From the NCBI RefSeq assembly GCF_037042905.1, contig NC_087252.1, positions 9,736,001 to 9,800,000 of the forward strand: 64,000 bases of DNA, read 5' to 3'. A model generated the notes under the pieces. That model was not told the origin of the DNA and did not search any database. It saw nothing but the letters and a program-made list of their open reading frames with translations. Each line of letters starts with the position of its first letter. Position 1 is the stretch's first letter. A program made the position numbers and the translations under genes. The DNA is from Lytechinus pictus (lineage: Eukaryota). Positions 12,101 through 26,214 of this stretch are shown in pieces.

Positions 12101-15100
12101 TTTATGGCAATGCCCTTTGATTAAATTTATTTATTTTTTAATTAAGTTTGACTCAAATTATCTCACTTCAGTTGATGCAATCCAGTGTAATCAAGTTGGT
12201 CCAGCTGCATTGTTCAGCACAATAAAGAAAACTTGTAGATATTCAAAAGATCTGGATAATCAAAGACAGTTAAATCTCCCTTTTTGCATCTTTTGGGACC
12301 ATAGAAATCTGTTTGATTTCAAAGATGTTAATTAATATGTCTTTGCATATTATGATAAAAAAGGAAATATGCTTTGACTTTGGTGAATATATTACTTACG
12401 GATGGTTGATAATAATAATAATCGTCAGTTTTTATGTAGCGCATTAGTGACACATAAAAATATGTCTCTATGTGCTTCAGAAAATAAATAAAATAAAAGA
12501 ATAAAATTATGTGTTGGAGAGTTCACTTTGTTGAGTTGAAGATAAGCAGAGTCTCTTCTAAGCGGTGAGGGATGTTTTAACAAAATAGATAAGTGCTTCA
12601 GAAAATAAACGAAATAAAAAAATGTGTTGATGAGTTTACTTTGTTGAGTTGAAGTTAAGCAGGGTCTTTTGAGTGGGAAGTGATGCTTTAACCAGTGATA
12701 TTTCACATTACTGGAATGGAAGCTCTACAATTAAGGGAATGATTTAGGACAGTAGATTCAATTGCACATTTGTGTATACTTCTTATTACAGAACATGTAC
12801 AAAATCAGAAATTTGGTGATCCACATGTATTAATCACTAAATTCTTGTTTTTGTTTTGTTTGCTATTTTCTTGATATTATGATTAGGATGCCAGTAATGA
12901 AATCAAGCTTCACATGCAAGCCTTGGACAGAAAGAGACAGAAGAATGAGAAGCTTAGTGATTTAGAATTAGAAGCGAAAGAACAAGGTGAATACCTGTTA
13001 GCTAAAGCCCGTGAGCAGCAAGAAGAACAAGAAGATGAAATCAAGCACTTAAATGAGGTAAGTAATCCATGATTGATTCTTAGAAAATTTGACTGATTCA
13101 TTGATTGACAATTGACAAGTGGATGGATTGATTGTGGAGATGGGTTTGTGATTTTTTTGTAATGATTGACAGATCTGTAGCAGATCCTGAATACTAAACA
13201 CATCATAATAAAAAAATCTTTTGTGTTTACTGTACATGTAGAGAATCATTAGCATGAAATGCCTCTTTGATTACAAAATTTTGTTACGTTAAGTTTATCT
13301 GATTTTTAATTCTCCTTAGAATGCCAATATGATGATGTGTATCTGATCTTAATTGATGCTATACACCATTGCTATCAGAGATGCTCAACTACTATGTTTC
13401 TTGTGTAATACTGAATGTTTCTTTGAATTCTAAATGATACAATGTTATAATTTCTATACATGTAGCTGATCCTAAATGCCATGCTATCAGAGATGCCCAA
13501 TTTCTATGTTTACTGTGTTAACTGAATGCTTCTTTGAATGCTAAATGATACAATATTATATTTTTTAATAGCTAATGCTGAATGCTAAATGCCATGCTAT
13601 CAGAGATGCTCAGATCCTAGAGAAAGGTGTTATCAAGGAGGAGACAACATATGAAGAGAAGAGACTGGATGCCATGATGGAGGTTGATCGACAGAAGGCA
13701 CTACAACTACAAGAAGAGATTGAAGAACAGAGGAAGATAGAGAGATACGAGTAAGTAATTTAATAATAATATCCCATATTTCAACCAGGGTAGTCATTTC
13801 AGTGCTGACAACCTTCTTACCATTAATTATTTCTTTGGCTTTAGCCTGGCTACCTTGATCAGCCACTTTAGCATTTCTTCCTACTGGGTACCAATTCACC
13901 TCCCTTGGATTGAGTGCAGCACAATTTGGGTAGAGTTTCTTGCTGAATGAAAACACGCCATGCCTTGGAATCAAGCCCAAATCCCTCATATTGAAAGACG
14001 AAAGTCAACCACAAGACCATGGCACTCCCACTGACCAAAATTACTATTATTACCATATGAGCCCAATTTTATGCAACAGTACCCAAAGGGGGTAAAATGG
14101 CTGCCATAAAGTAATGCAATTAAGTCACCTTCCCTGTGGAACGATGTAGTTGCTCCATAGCTTACAGTCACTCTTTGTATTCATGAGCAGTGGAAATGTG
14201 CTTATCATAAAACTTTCAATCTATGACTATTTATTTACTTTATAAATCTTCAGAGGGAAAACCATGATCTTAACTCAAATTTCACAGAGGGAGGAAGAAC
14301 GATTATTACAACAGGAGAAGAAAGATCAAGAAGCGCAACAGATGCTTAAGTACCTTGAAAAATTACAAATGGAAGATCTGAAGGTAAGTCTTATTGTAAC
14401 ATGCTTAGTTGTATTCCTAAAAAATTGATTATGAGAGATAATTTCTCTCTTGTCACATGACATCATTATTGTCATTACTCAACTTCATCATTAAAAACGT
14501 CTTCATTGCCCCTACCCTTTTCATTTCATTATCATAACCATTAACGTTATCTCCACCACCACCATCATCATCACCATCATCACCGTCATAATCATGAACA
14601 TCATCTCCATCACCATCATCATCATCACCACCACCATTATCATCACCATCATCATCATCACCACCACCATTATCATCACCATCATCATCATCACCACCAC
14701 CATTATCATCACCACCACCATCATCATCATCACCACCATCATTATCATCACCACCATCATCATAAGTAGCATCATTATCATTAAAGTCATCCCCACTACC
14801 ACCACCACCATCATAATCATCATCAATATACCCATCATCAGTGGCATAATGCACAATTTTAGGAGAGACTCAACTTCTATTACATTACATTTGGCAAGGC
14901 GTCAATCCACAATTTGCCACTCTCCACCCAGGTGATAAATGGGTACCCGGTAGGATGCGAAAGCTTATGTAGTATGCCTAGCAATTGAGTCTGGAACTCT
15001 TGTTGGAATGCTCCCCAGGGAGTGGGTAATAATATATCTGTAAAGCGCTTAGAGACGTCATTTCGATGTGTTAAGCGCTATATAAATGCAGAATATTATT

Positions 15101-18100
15101 ATTATTATTATTATGAAACTCAAACACTTTTGATGTACATGCACTTTGCCATATTGGATATTGATTCACCCCCCCCCCTTTCTGAAATGTGAAATGACAC
15201 TGTCTACAATACAATGATTTTAAAATGTAAATACTATGTTTGAATTATTTTGATCGGCATGTCAATGATCATATTCATCATCACGAACACCATGACTACC
15301 GCCGCCATTATCATTATCATGGTTGTCAAGCACCATGGTTCCCCTGTTTTTTATTGTATATTTTGATTTTAATATGATTTTTTTTAAATTCTCTGTAGGA
15401 CCTTGATAAGAAGCGCCAGATCCAAGTGGAAGCCCAGAAAGAGATCCACAGGTCAAACGAGGAGGCGGAGGAGTTGAAGAGGAAGAAGCAGGAACAGGAG
15501 AAGCTAGCAGACCTCAAGGTCAATGAATACATGAAGCAGAAAGCCGAGAGAGAAGCAGCATATGAAGCAGAGCAGGAAAGGATAAGGATCGAAAAAGAGA
15601 AAGAGATTGCCAGGCTTCGTGCTTTGCAGGTAAAAATGAATGTGAAGATGGTGATGATAACGTAATACTACTCCTACTCTCTCTCTCTCTTCCTCTCTCT
15701 CCCTCTTCTCCTTTACTTATTTCTCTCTTCCTCAATCTTCTATTTATGAGATACATCTTTTAATTGGATCTAAGTTTTGATATAGAATACTGTAATTACT
15801 TTTTTGTTCATGTGCTTTGATATATTGTACTTCATGAATTTTTGTAAATTGACCCTTTTAGCATGTGCTGCTGGTCAATTTTTATGTGCATATATACCAA
15901 TAAATGAATAAATAAAATAATAAGATAATAATTTTCATGATGATGATTGTGGTGGTGGTAATGATTTTGATTTTGATGATGATGATGATGTTGATGAATT
16001 GATGATGTGATGATGATGATGAATTGATAATCATGATGATGATGAATTGATGATGATCATGATGGTGATAATGGTGATGATGACAAATTGTTAGATGACA
16101 AATTTTGATAAATGCTTGCAGGGTTCCATGGTGGTTATCTTTATTACATTTTTACCATTCTGCAATGGGAATCAGATGGTTAGGCTTGCCAAATTCCCCC
16201 CCAACTCATTAAAAATTTGTCTAGACTTTCTATTTGTAACGTGATGATTACAAAGGGAACCAGGGTGATTAGCCTCAAAATATCCTTAAGTTCATTAGTT
16301 GCAAAAAAAGCTTGAATTAATCGCCAATAAGTGTCAAATGGCTGGAGTAGGAGAAGGAAACAAAGCCTTTGGGATTTTTTTTTTGTATCCACTGTAGTCT
16401 GTTTTCACATTTGGCTGTGACTAGAATGTCTGCATGTACATTAAATGTCATTCATACTATTGAGAGCACATTGGTAACTAATACAAAACCCCCAATAATG
16501 TTGCTTTTATCCAGGAGCGTGCAAAGGATTACCAGGCAGAGAAGGACGCCCAGAGGGCCAAGCGGAATCAAGAGGAGAGGGAGAGAGACTGGAGGAGAAA
16601 GGAGAAGGAAGAGGCTATCATCAAGACAGAGACGGAGCGCATGCTTAAAGAGGCGAGGGAGGTCCAAGTCCAGAACAAGGATCACTTCCTCGCTGTCCAG
16701 GCCCAGCGAGAGAGGGCTGAGTTTGAGAGGGTCCTGAGGTGAGAATGAATGCCTATGCAGGGGGGAGGGGAGAGGAAGGGGATGGGGAAGGGTTAGGGGA
16801 GGGGGTAAGGTTTATGAATTTTGTTTTTATTTTAGGGGCAGTGGGGGGGGGGAAGGTTTATGAAATAATTTGTAATGTTCGCTAACAAATTATAAACTAC
16901 AGTGAAAACTATCATAGCAGCCACCTGTCTATACTGAAAATCTGTCTTTAGCTCTCCACCAAGTTCATTTTATTTGTCTTCCAACTTTGAGTTTGAATAC
17001 ATGACAAACATACAAGTGTGTATGAAACAATGAGCAGAGTACATGATAAAACATACAGGTATACATAAAACAGAGTATGCAGAAAACATTGTTTTTAAAT
17101 ACATTATACAGCTTAAGACAGAAAAGGAATAATTTTAAAGGAAGACGAGGAGACCTAAGTGAAGCAATGCTATGTTCCATGTAATACTTACATAATTTGT
17201 GTGTTTTTTTGTGTGTGATGACAGGGCACAGCAGGAGGCTATGGAGAAGGATAGGATGGAAGAAGAAGAAACGAAACACAATCGTCTCACTCATGCTGAC
17301 GATGTCCGCAAGCAGATCCGTGAGAAGGAACAGCTCCGCGTGTCGGATAGGAACGCTTTCTTCGAGGAAGGGGTAAAGATTAACGATGAAGCCAGGGACA
17401 GGAGAGCCAAGCTCGATGCCATTAAGAAGAAGAAACTTGGTGCATTAAGGTGGGTTTTCATCTGTTCTTATTATCATGTCTCTTGTGTACTGTAGGTAAT
17501 ATTTGTCTGTCCTGATTTCGCTCTTGCGATAATTAAAGAATCGCTTGACAGATTAACTTCACACTTGTGTCATATATGTATGTGAAAATAGCAATCTGAT
17601 TAGATAATGAAAGGTTTATCAATGTTATATTTGCATATAGTATGTACAGTGGAGATCTTGCAAAGACGGAGGCATAGTTTTCGACTGTGTTCAGTCGAAA
17701 TTTCTTCTAGTTTTTTTAAAGTTTTGATTGATTTGGTATTTTTTCCTGGGGACCCCATAAACAGGCTGTATTTTACAATAAGTTTGTGCTGTAGATATAT
17801 TTCATCATGCTTCTTTGAGACATGTTATTCAAACTTATGAAATGCAAAATAATCTTGTGTGTGACGCCATTGCTTCAGTACTCTGTAATGTGGAAGATGA
17901 TATCGTAATCTAGCATACTTCGACCCTCCGTAAGTCAAATATTCACCCAAATGCAAACCATAATTGAGACCAGATTATGCAAAATGTGTATTATTCAGTC
18001 CTGTTTTAAGTCAAATTTCTCCTTATACAGATTTCTGCTGTCTCCAAAGATTTAGCATTTTGCATTGTTATACTACAGCTGGAATAATCACATACCCTTT

Positions 18101-18279
18101 GTGGAGAGTTCTTAGCAGAAGATACTGCTTCACCTGCTTACAAAAAATATGTTATTTGATATTACCAAAGTAGACAGAAGTAACAATTCTTTTTATATCT
18201 TTTGTCTTGCAGAGATGCTGGTGTTCCTGACAAGTACTGCGCCGAAGTGGAAAGAAAGACCATGGCAGTCAAACACTGA
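9138..18279 (+). CDS. CFAP45: Cilia- and flagella-associated protein 45 (CCDC19), 544 aa; exons 9138-9140, 11018-11277, 11701-11845, 12887-13057, 13572-13750, 14254-14383, 15399-15629, 16515-16738, 17225-17449, 18213-18279
   Basis: All introns are GT-AG and phase-consistent, summing to 1635 nt. Motifs: M|PHSVIS..SQIDESLFG, QVITKDLIRKLIVPGEDPSGQS, LMLNAKCHAIRDAQILEK, EKEKEIARLRALQERAKDYQAEKDAQRAKR, RNAFFEEG, GVPDKYCAEVERK. The protein is a long coiled coil. The ATG-only first coding exon is the least certain part. Confidence 0.95.
10304..10580. repeat. Diverged half-copy related to the 6797-7693 foldback family, inverted relative to 4425-4720
   Basis: Contains the caaagatggatttcc-ggaaatccatctttg hairpin followed by gtttcttaccagac..gacccttgaac, as in the left arm. 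Confidence 0.7.
10781..10925. mobile_element. PIF/Harbinger-like MITE
   Basis: TIR gggcccgttgcagaaagagttgc / gcaactctttctgcaacaggccc; 3-bp TSD CTG. Confidence 0.8.
11927..12115. mobile_element. Unclassified MITE
   Basis: TIR gggcaattccataaaa..gtacgtccgacccc / ggggtcggatgtac..ttttatggcaatgccc. Confidence 0.6.
13815..14035 (-). mobile_element. tRNA-derived SINE, degenerate
   Basis: Minus strand reads tRNA-like head, then catggcgtgttttcattcagcaagaaactctacc..tgtgctgcactcaatccaagggaggtgaattgggtacc; same family as 60618-60750. Confidence 0.65.
14455..14850. repeat. (CAT/CAC)n trinucleotide microsatellite in a CFAP45 intron
   Basis: Long catcaccaccatcatcat run; explains the low-complexity ORFs at 14453-14935. 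Confidence 0.95.
15936..16085. repeat. (GAT)n microsatellite
   Basis: gatgatgat runs. Confidence 0.85.
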
Positions 18280-19854
18280 AAACACCCTTAAAATCACAAT
18301 GAACTGGTCCAAACTCTGTTTCATCCCATACTGGAGGAACCTTCCACTGTCAGAAATTAGAGTCCATATTTGATCAAGCTTATTCCATCCCCAAAATATG
18401 TTGTAGATTGTGTTTGATCAATCTCCAAATCAAATTTCTAAATCAATTTTTGTTCTTATTTAGTTTATATCCTTAATATTATTTTATCAGGCAGCCTAGT
18501 AGCTCGCCAGAATCAGCTTAAGCTGAATTGTGTTCAACTTTACTTGACTATGAAACGGTTTGACTCTGGTTAGCAATCTCTCTTCCTAAAATTCCATGAA
18601 TTACTAGAATTGACAGTACAGGTTCAGAGATGTTATCCAGAGCAGTTATCCTCTTGCTTTAAATGATTATGGCTACTGCTCTTATTTCTCTATCATCAGC
18701 TTTGCCTAACATCCTTCATCATTTGTTGTTGGATTATTCATTTCCAAGAGCATCCTAAAGCTTTATAGTAATTAGAACAGCCATAATTGCTATATGTATA
18801 TTGTACTTCTATAAGCACACATTTCAATATATTTTTTCTTGATTCCATATAACTGCAAGGATATATCTGGTTCAAAGTATGCCAGTTAATTTTTATATGT
18901 TATTGATTCATTCAGATCAATTTACTGCACAGCATTTGGTTTGTAGTACTACTAAAGATATATTTAATTTTATTCACATTCTTATTATGGACGCTGAATT
19001 CAACCAATAAATTGTACAGTGGTGTGCACATTTTGGAGTTTCTTTCAGTATCTTGTACTTTATTAGAGTATAACATCCAAGTTGTGTCAGTTCAATGTTC
19101 TAAAATGGATGAAGTAGCTTTTACTTGGATGGATATTTGCCTTTGTGACCCTGTCCCCCCACCCCCTCCCCCCTGCGTGCTTACAGAAAAGGAAGGTAAC
19201 ACAAGCCTTAGCTCAATCGTTTAGTAAGGTACATGTAGAAAGTGTTTGACATAAAGCTAAAGATATCTAAAAGTGAAGTAAATTGCTGGTTTTTGTGGGA
19301 TCTAAGGCCAGTTGTATAGAGAGGTACATGTATTGTAAATGCAAGTGGATTATGAATGCAAACCAATTAATTTTATTTATCAATTTTTGTTTTGGTTGCA
19401 TCATATTGCATTTCTTCGTGCAGATGGCCTTATCTAGTTTGAGACTTGATGATTTCGTAATAACACACATTTTCCATTGACTCCAGCCCACACACATGTG
19501 CGGTTTCAGTCAGTTCCATTGATACATGAATAAGGCACTTCCATAAGGAGCTTAATTCGTATTTTGAATGAAAGTTAATGAAAATGGAGTTCTTTTTTAT
19601 CACTGCTCCATTTCATTAAAGCAATTTATAGGCCTATGATGTTAATTTTGCCATTACTGTAATTACCATGGTAATGGTTTTCAACAGCCAATCAAAATCT
19701 AGTTTTCCACGAACGTTACCATAATTTTGGTATTAAAAGTTGACATACATGTAATTGTAATGAAAAAAATGTAACTCTTGTAAAGCACTTGTGTGTGTGT
19801 AAATTAGTTGCATGTTATTGAAGGAAATTTTGATGAAGTTTAGTAGCTGTTTGT

Positions 19855-20000
19855 TAAAAGGGGTACTCCAGGCTGAAAATAATGATTTGAACAGATAAAG
19901 AAAAATTAGACAAACAAAACACTGACAATTTTAAGCATTTTGTTCTGTGAATTTTACTCTATTTATTTAGATATATTTTCAGCCCTGAGTACACCTTTAA
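19855..20000. mobile_element. Small Kolobok-like MITE (TTAA flanks)
   Basis: ttaa-aaggggtactccaggctgaaaata ... tattttcagccctgagtacacct-ttaa. Confidence 0.6.
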
Positions 20001-20976
20001 GGCTACCACTCATAAACTATTTGACAGGCTTGCCTGTATGCTGTAAGTATTGTATAAAAATAAGATATTGTTACATGCTCATTATCTTTGAAGGTATGAT
20101 GATATGAATTATCCTTGTATTATATTTATATATATGTATAATCAATTATGTAGATATTTTAAATGTTTAAATGTTACATGTATATTGATTTATCCTTTGT
20201 TTCACATGATTTTATTTTGAAATGTCTTTGTTGTAAGAAAATAAAGTCATGGAAAACAAATATTTATATTTTGTGTGTGAGAGATTTTGTTTTAAAAAGC
20301 TTAGATCAGAATTACTTGACACTCTTCAAAGATTAAATAAAATTTTGAAAGAGAGGGCAAATAATGAGAGACAGAGGGGGGGGGGGGGTTCAATCAAAGA
20401 TAAAGAGAGACGGCCAGAGAGGAAAAGTGGGATAGAGATGGGAGACAAGAGTAGGTGGGGATAAGAAAGCAAGGCGATGCAAGGGGGGGGGGGGGAGGCG
20501 ATGGAAGGGGGTAGGGAGGAGGCAGGGTGTGAGAGGCAGACAGAGGAACGGTGATGCTGGGGGGGGGGGGTGAGGATGTGAAAAGCAGATGGATTAGGGA
20601 AGAGAAGGAAAGCAGGGATAGAGAACAATAGAAGCAAGTGAGGGTGGAGATTGAAAATATGGAGAAAGAGAGAGAAGACAGATTTGACAATGGGAGGGTC
20701 GTAATTCTTCCTACTCAAGTACTGGAAGTGACGGCAAGACAGAATTTGGAGTTAGCAGACTAATTGCTACATGTAGGAGACAAAAAAAGAGCAATATGAC
20801 AAGATAGAGAGAAGACAAAGTATTGATAAAGTGAAAGTGGGCAGGAGTTGAGAATGATTTACAAAATGAGAAGAGAGATGAGATTCGAGTCTGAATATGA
20901 ATGAGGGAGAGAATGAAAGAAAAAAAAGGTATGCAGAGATGGTAAGCGTAACAGAGGTATACAAAGGGGACAACAG

Positions 20977-21234
20977 GGTCCCGTCTAACAAAGAGTTGCA
21001 ATTGATCTGATCAATCACAACGGCCAGCAACGTCATCCATTATGTATATTTTTTCAAAATATTTTCTAACTGATGTATATTCATGCATTCATTGTTTTCT
21101 TGAAAATTCACTGTGCTTTTCTTTGTTTACAAAGGACATTGTGCAAATTTCCTGTAGAAAGAATTATGACACTGATGGATTGCCATAGAGTGACGATTGA
21201 GTGGATCAATCGCAACTCTTTGTAAGACGGGGCC
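20977..21234. mobile_element. PIF/Harbinger-like MITE
   Basis: TIR ggtcccgtctaacaaagagttgc / gcaactctttgtaagacggggcc; TSD CAG. Confidence 0.75.
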
Positions 21235-23990
21235 CAGGAATGAAAGATTGGAATAAAATGATAACAAAATGGTCCATGCTCAAACTCTACTGTGCTTGAT
21301 ACTTAGTATATTATTACCCCAGCTGGGCTGCAATACAGGCCTAAAGCTTTCTTGGAATAAATCCTCCCGGGTAACCATTCATCCTCACTTGGGTCGAGTG
21401 CTGAAGGATAACGCGCCATGGCTAGGATTTGAACCCACGTCATCCTGATCGAAAGACGAGAGTTGTAACCACGCGATGCCCCCATATTGGACAACATGAA
21501 TCAATATGTAATCAATAGATAAACAACATGAGTCAACAGATAAGCAATAGAGGTTTGAAGATTTTTTATACCGGTTTACATTCTCTTAATTTTCAGTATC
21601 CTGTTGGGAGTCTTCAAATATCCATGTCAATCACGCTTCCAAATTCTCAAACTTCTCTCAAAGAACAACATCCTGAAAAAAAATGAAGATAAAATGGACA
21701 AAATGTGTGTAGTTCATTCTTATATTTTGACTTATACTTTAATTGAATATATGAAAATAACAGTACAAAAATACAAATTCAACATTCAGAGAGAAGTTCA
21801 ACAGGCATGATAGTATACAAAAAATATGCCTCCTGTCTGAAGAAAATACATTAAACAAAAACAAAACAAAATCAAAGCATGCATAGGTTCTGCTACAATG
21901 CTATGACTACATTTTCAACAAGATTATACACTGTAAATTCAGGAAACGATCTACAAATGTACACATAATTTGCAGTTGTAAGGTTGGAGGATGCTTGGAA
22001 GTTTCACAGAAATTGTGCACATCTCATGCTTGAGTGAGCCCTAAGCTTCAAACTTTGTTTTCTCCTTATTTCTTGAAGCTCTCACTGAATTTGTGAAGCT
22101 AAAATGTGCTTTTTCAAGCTCAATAAACATCTTGGAATTCATTTTGGGTGACTTATTGTTGGCTTTAGGGTGGAAGGTCACATATTCCAATAACTTTGAC
22201 AAGTTTTGTACATACTATTGTAAAGCTAAAAATGTGTTTTTTCAAGCTCAATAAAAATCTTGGATTTCATTTTGGGTGACTTATTGTTGGCTTTAGGGTG
22301 GAGGGTCACATATATCATTAATTAATCATTTAAACAGTGCTTTAAAATGCAAACATTTTGAAGTGCAGCGTACACTGATCTGTATACTTACATGTACCAG
22401 TGGCTGCATATTATTACCCTGGCTTTAGCATGGCATAGCATTTGTTCAGCACATAATTAAGCACACAGAAATTATTAGGTGCATATCTTAACATACCAAA
22501 GGCCTATAAAACAAGCTGGAGTCTAACATTGTTCAGCGTAAAATCTAGCACACAAAAAGTGATAAGTACTGTATCGAAAAATACTGGAAATTGTGATAAA
22601 AAGTGGACAGATTTTCATGTATCAAAACCTTGTAATATTAGAAATCAATGGCAAGGAAAGATATTTTAATCTCAAGAGTGATGCCAATAATTACAAATTA
22701 GCATTACAAACAGGTATTCAACACTTTCATAGGTTACAGTGTGCATGATTTAGTACCGATATTCCGATAATAAACAAAAATAACAAAAATAACAAACATG
22801 ATCTACTGGTCGTAACATATACAAGTATCTTTTTTCAAACTGGCAGAAATTATTCATATGTGGCAATCTGTCGGCATTCTTTCTTTGAAATTTACGTTTA
22901 TGAATCCCTGAAACACCTTGGGGATGGGCAGACAGGGACGGGCCTAGCCCTCTCTGGCACAGATCTAGTTAATAGTTAAGAATAGTTAAGGGGAAGGGGG
23001 AGCTAATGTGCACAAAATTGCCAGCCCTGAAGAAAACAAAAGGCAAGAATAAAAAAGTTGTTTGTCTTCCTCCTAGCAATGAGATAGGTCCAATAGCCTA
23101 GGTCATTTTAAGGCTAATTTAACCATTATCCATGCAATATTCACAATTCTTCATCACATACTGAGAATGTTGTATTCAAGCCTATTGGATTTGAAACATA
23201 ATATTTTGTGCCATTGCACATCTGTGGACATACATGTACATGTAGTATGGCACAGTGCCATTCAACAACGTACCGTTCAATGGCCATTTGGCATGCAGCT
23301 TTGCAACCACCTTGTGCAAATCCACAAAAAAAGGTTTACTTTTGTTCCTCTTGTGAAATATGCATGTTAAAGTTGCAAACTGGTTATCTTAACTTCCAAG
23401 GCGCTGCAAAAAAAAAAAGCAAATCATATACATGCAATGCAACAAAAATGTGATGTTCTACAAGTGTATGAAAGAAAATTCAATTCAAACATTTTTCCTA
23501 ATGGCCTCATTACAATTTATAGGCATTATCATTGGTCAGAAATTCTAAGTAGAGGAAGCTATAAATGATTATATTAGGTGATATTCAAAGGGTGGAAAAG
23601 TGGGGCCAAACTAAGCTTCCAAATTCTTGTGAAAACAGACACAAATTCATACAATGATGAAAGAGAAAAAAAAAGAGAATTGCATGGCATCCCTGTAATA
23701 TGTAAAACAATAATTCTGAACATGATGTAATAGTAATAATAATACGCAGAAACAAATATAACTATAAAAAGCACACCTGACACAATACTTGAAAAATACT
23801 TCGCATTCTGATATCTGATCTGATATCGATGCAAGAAAATCACCATTACTGTACAAATATATACCCTTCTGTAAAAAACTATCGGAGTGTGTGTGGACAG
23901 ATGTATAACAATAACATGCAACATTTATAGTGCTTAATACAATATATCTTAGCACTGCATACTACTACCTTGGCTTACATGTAAGTACAG

Positions 23991-24728
23991 GGGCGATTCC
24001 AGTCAGTCGCATTACACTTTAACTTGTCTTTTCTCAAACTTGGTGCTGTTAGTTTTACAGTCCTAAGTCTTTCTGTCAAGTTTATACTGTCAATCTATCT
24101 TCACAAATGAGGCTTCAAAACAATACATACTGTAGATCTACAGAAAGGTTATATGCCGTATATTATGGACGGCATGACATCCCAAAAATCGGTCAGTTGC
24201 ATTACACAAAAAGGACATAGAAAAAAAGTGACTGATTTCTTTTTAATAGTTCTTTCACATTAAATCACTTTTACCAATTTCAATACCTGTAAAACTTAAC
24301 TTACATATATAGAAGTGTCAAATAAGACATTTGAATTTGGGCTGCGACTTCAATTTTCTTTTGTGGATAGAAAAACTCTGGTCAGTCCCATTACGGTCAG
24401 TCGCATTATCTTTTAACCTTTCCCGCAACGTATATTTGCAGAGTTTCTTTTAATATGATGTAAATGATGACCTGGCTTTAGATTATCCAACTGAAAATAA
24501 TTATAAAAAAAACAATAGTTTTCTGTTAAATTGAAATTAAGTAAAAAAAAATACATGTGGAGTCTAGTCCCATAAAGAGATGTGTCAGAACATTTTTTGA
24601 AGCTCATTATCAACCCCTTTGTATTTATGAACTTCCATTTGAGTTTTTTTTTAAAGAATTTTGATCTAGATTTGAAATAGAGCCAATATAAATTCTTTGA
24701 AAATGTCCGCTTTAGCTTGGAATCGCCC
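23991..24728. mobile_element. Unclassified non-autonomous DNA transposon
   Basis: TIR GGGCGATTCCA / TGGAATCGCCC; internal direct repeats gtcagtcgcattac. Confidence 0.65.
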
Positions 24729-25086
24729 AGTTATCCTGATCAGGTGCCCGGGCATTCAAGGAATTCCTCCCTACCAGTTTATTACACCTGGGTGGAGAGT
24801 GGCAAATGTAGATCACATTGCCAAATGATGGGAGTGCCATGGCAAGTTTGAAACTCATAGGACATTACAGCTTGCAGACTAGCACACAGAAAATTCAAAT
24901 AAATGAAGAAATAATATTAACAGCAATTGTAAAAAAAAATTAATGTTACTCTCTTCAGCCTCAAAACCAGTTTAAAGAGTCAACCAATTGGTCTTCACAT
25001 TAAGATGCATGTAATTGTAAATGAACTTGTACAGTACATGTGAATATAAAGAAATGCCTGTACATGTACATGTAGCATGCCATACT

Positions 25087-25488
25087 GGCCCGAATTCACA
25101 AAGGTGGTTTTGAAAACCAACGGTTGAATCCATGGTTTAAGCAGATTTTGTGTATAAATTACGCTCAATTTTGCGCGTATCGGGCGCATGTATAAAAATC
25201 TTCCAATGCTGATGCACGCTTTTGTCAGTGCGCCAAATCGATGCCTGTTACCATGGTGAGATATGCTATTTTATTCATGAGTCCCCTGTTTGAAGAGTGG
25301 ACTCATGAATGAAATAAGGTGGATAACCACGGCAACAGGCGTCAATTTGGCGCACTGTGACAAAAGCGTGCATCAGCATCGGACACTTTTCAGTATACGC
25401 AGTAAATTAAGCGTAATTTATACAGGAAATCTGCATCAACCATGGACTCAACCGTGGGTTTTCAAAACCACCTTTGTGAATTCGGGCC
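25087..25488. mobile_element. Palindromic Harbinger-like MITE
   Basis: ggcccgaattcacaaaggtggttttgaaaacc / ggttttcaaaaccacctttgtgaattcgggcc; the arms pair along almost the whole length. Confidence 0.8.
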
Positions 25489-26214
25489 ATTATGTCCAAA
25501 TACAATAGCATATGTCTGCTGCATATACCCTCTCAAAGGGAGTTCTCACTCCACGACGCACAATGGATTCAAGAACATAGAAAATGTATTGTCAAACGCC
25601 CTTCATGACAAAGATCGACCCAGAAGTCTTGGTCGAGAGTTGGTGAACTCTGGACAAACAACGTAATTGCAATTTTCGTCAGCTTCCTAAACTTAGGACA
25701 AAAGTGCTGTTAGAGTTCACAAGTCCTCGACAAAGACCAGCTGTTCTTTGTCATTCGACTGACGTGTTCAATACATTTACGGTACTGTGTTCTTATCCGC
25801 CCTGCATCATAATGCAAAAAACCTCCCAAATATTGCAAGATTGTGTTATTTTCATGAATTCCACAAAACTCCTGTAATTACACTGCAAAAATAAACCCAT
25901 CAATATCTCTAAGAAAATATGTGAACTATCACATGCAAAATATATGGCATATGTTCCTTGATGTTTATGAAATTTAAAGACTACTTTCAAGCATGCATAG
26001 TTTTATATTTGCATACATTTTATACAATATTGTTGCAAATGTAATGGATAGAAAAAATAGATATTTTATTTCAAGGCAAAAAATAGGCATTAAAAAATGA
26101 CCAGTGATCCGTGACATTTCTATCACATTGATACTGACTGGCCTCAAAGATGTGTACGCGTCTATATGCAATATGGGTATTGCATGCAAGGTTGTGTAAA
26201 TATCTTGTGAAATT

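Noticed and set aside
14453..14935. Asp/Gly-, Met/Val- and Ile/Thr-rich ORFs
   Set aside because: They are translations of a (CAT/CAC)n microsatellite inside a CFAP45 intron.
20345..20970. Purine-rich tract with G-runs and Pro/Leu-rich ORFs
   Set aside because: Low-complexity sequence between convergent gene ends; no coding evidence.
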